From contig OY759974.1 in assembly GCA_963662945.1 (NCBI GenBank), positions 416,001 through 480,000 on the forward strand: DNA of 64,000 nt. The letters are read 5' to 3'. The notes under the pieces were generated by a model, which did not search any database, had not been told where the DNA came from, and was given only the letters and a program-made list of their open reading frames with translations. The DNA comes from Arcobacteraceae bacterium. Its GTDB lineage: Bacteria > Campylobacterota > Campylobacteria > Campylobacterales > Arcobacteraceae. The translations under genes and the position numbers were made by a program. Each line of letters begins with the position of its first letter. The stretch's first letter is position 1. Of the stretch, positions 63,417 to 64,000 are shown piece by piece.

Positions 63417-63758
63417 TTAATTTTGTTCTGAAACTTTACACGTGAAACAATTTATCTGATCTTTACAATCCTCACACGCAGGAGCAATTTCACCAATACT
63501 ATCGTATATAAATTTTTTCCATAATTTGTCTTGTGGTTTCAAATCAAACAAAACTGGAAAATGTTCTTTCATAAATTTACCCATCTCTAGCCTGCTTTTA
63601 AAACCCAAATCTTGATAAAGATGATTTTCCATTAATGAAGTTTTCGCAACATGTACTGAGATAATATCTCTTGCTCTATCATTTTTTGCATATTCTTGTA
63701 AAAAGGATATCACCTTTTGTTCTAATATTTTTAACGGCGTTTCACTTTTTATACTCAT
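63417..63758 (-). CDS. nifQ: NifQ-like molybdenum-processing protein (short form)
   Basis: HLYQDLG, FP, WKKFIY, C-terminal PACEDC.....CF. Confidence 0.8.
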   Translation of the reverse strand: MSIKSETPLKILEQKVISFLQEYAKNDRARDIISVHVAKTSLMENHLYQDLGFKSRLEMGKFMKEHFPVLFDLKPQDKLWKKFIYDSIGEIAPACEDCKDQINCFTCKVSEQN

Positions 63759-64000
63759 AATGTCATCTCCATCATTTTACCATTTACAATTTCACCAAAT
63801 TCTACCCCAAATTCAAAACAATCCATTAGTTCTTCTTTTGTTGGAATAAGTTTGATTTTTTTAGGTTCTAAGGGAACTCGAAATTTTAAATTTTTTAATC
63901 GTCCTTGCATCATATCTACAGCTTCGCCACTCCACCCATACGAGCCAAAACAACCACCAAATTTTCCTTTTTTCTCTAATAACATCATACAGCTAAGTAG
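63755..64000 (-). CDS. C-terminal flavodoxin domain of an FprA/flavodiiron-type protein (partial)
   Basis: FGSYGWSGEA motif; frame open to the window edge. Confidence 0.7.
   Translation of the reverse strand, partial: LLSCMMLLEKKGKFGGCFGSYGWSGEAVDMMQGRLKNLKFRVPLEPKKIKLIPTKEELMDCFEFGVEFGEIVNGKMMEMTL

Overview
An AT-rich chromosomal window. The gene families and the GGAA-type sigma54 promoters suggest a Campylobacterota (Arcobacter/Sulfurimonas-like) diazotroph; this assignment is an inference. The left half (1-30 kb) holds a TetR-TolC-adaptor-pldA-ABC efflux operon, several two-component genes, gyrA-asd-yqhA-hemE-radical SAM, tRNA-Asn, an accessory transglutaminase/TPR pair, and a Crp/Fnr module with a perfect FNR-type box. 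The right half (30-64 kb) is a nitrogen-fixation and assimilation supercluster. It contains a flavodiiron-type gene (partial)-nifQ-nifS-nifU-clpP, glnA, amtB-PII, nifH-unknown ORF-nifD-nifK, a duplicated ModE-controlled molybdate uptake cluster, nifT and nifA. Five sigma54 promoters read from the sequence also place several uncharacterised genes in the probable nif regulon: a SIR2-like protein, an atypical ClpX, and an unannotated 31-aa membrane peptide followed by an aldo-keto reductase and a flavoprotein. A Cys-less peroxiredoxin-like gene overlaps the nifA stop codon. Two further recurring DNA motifs were found: TGTGACA-N4/5-TGTGACA-N6-TGnTAAWAT (3 copies) and TGTATA-N5-TATACA (glnA, amtB, degenerate at nifA). 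No CRISPR array, integrase or transposase was seen. All family calls come from motif recognition, not database searches.
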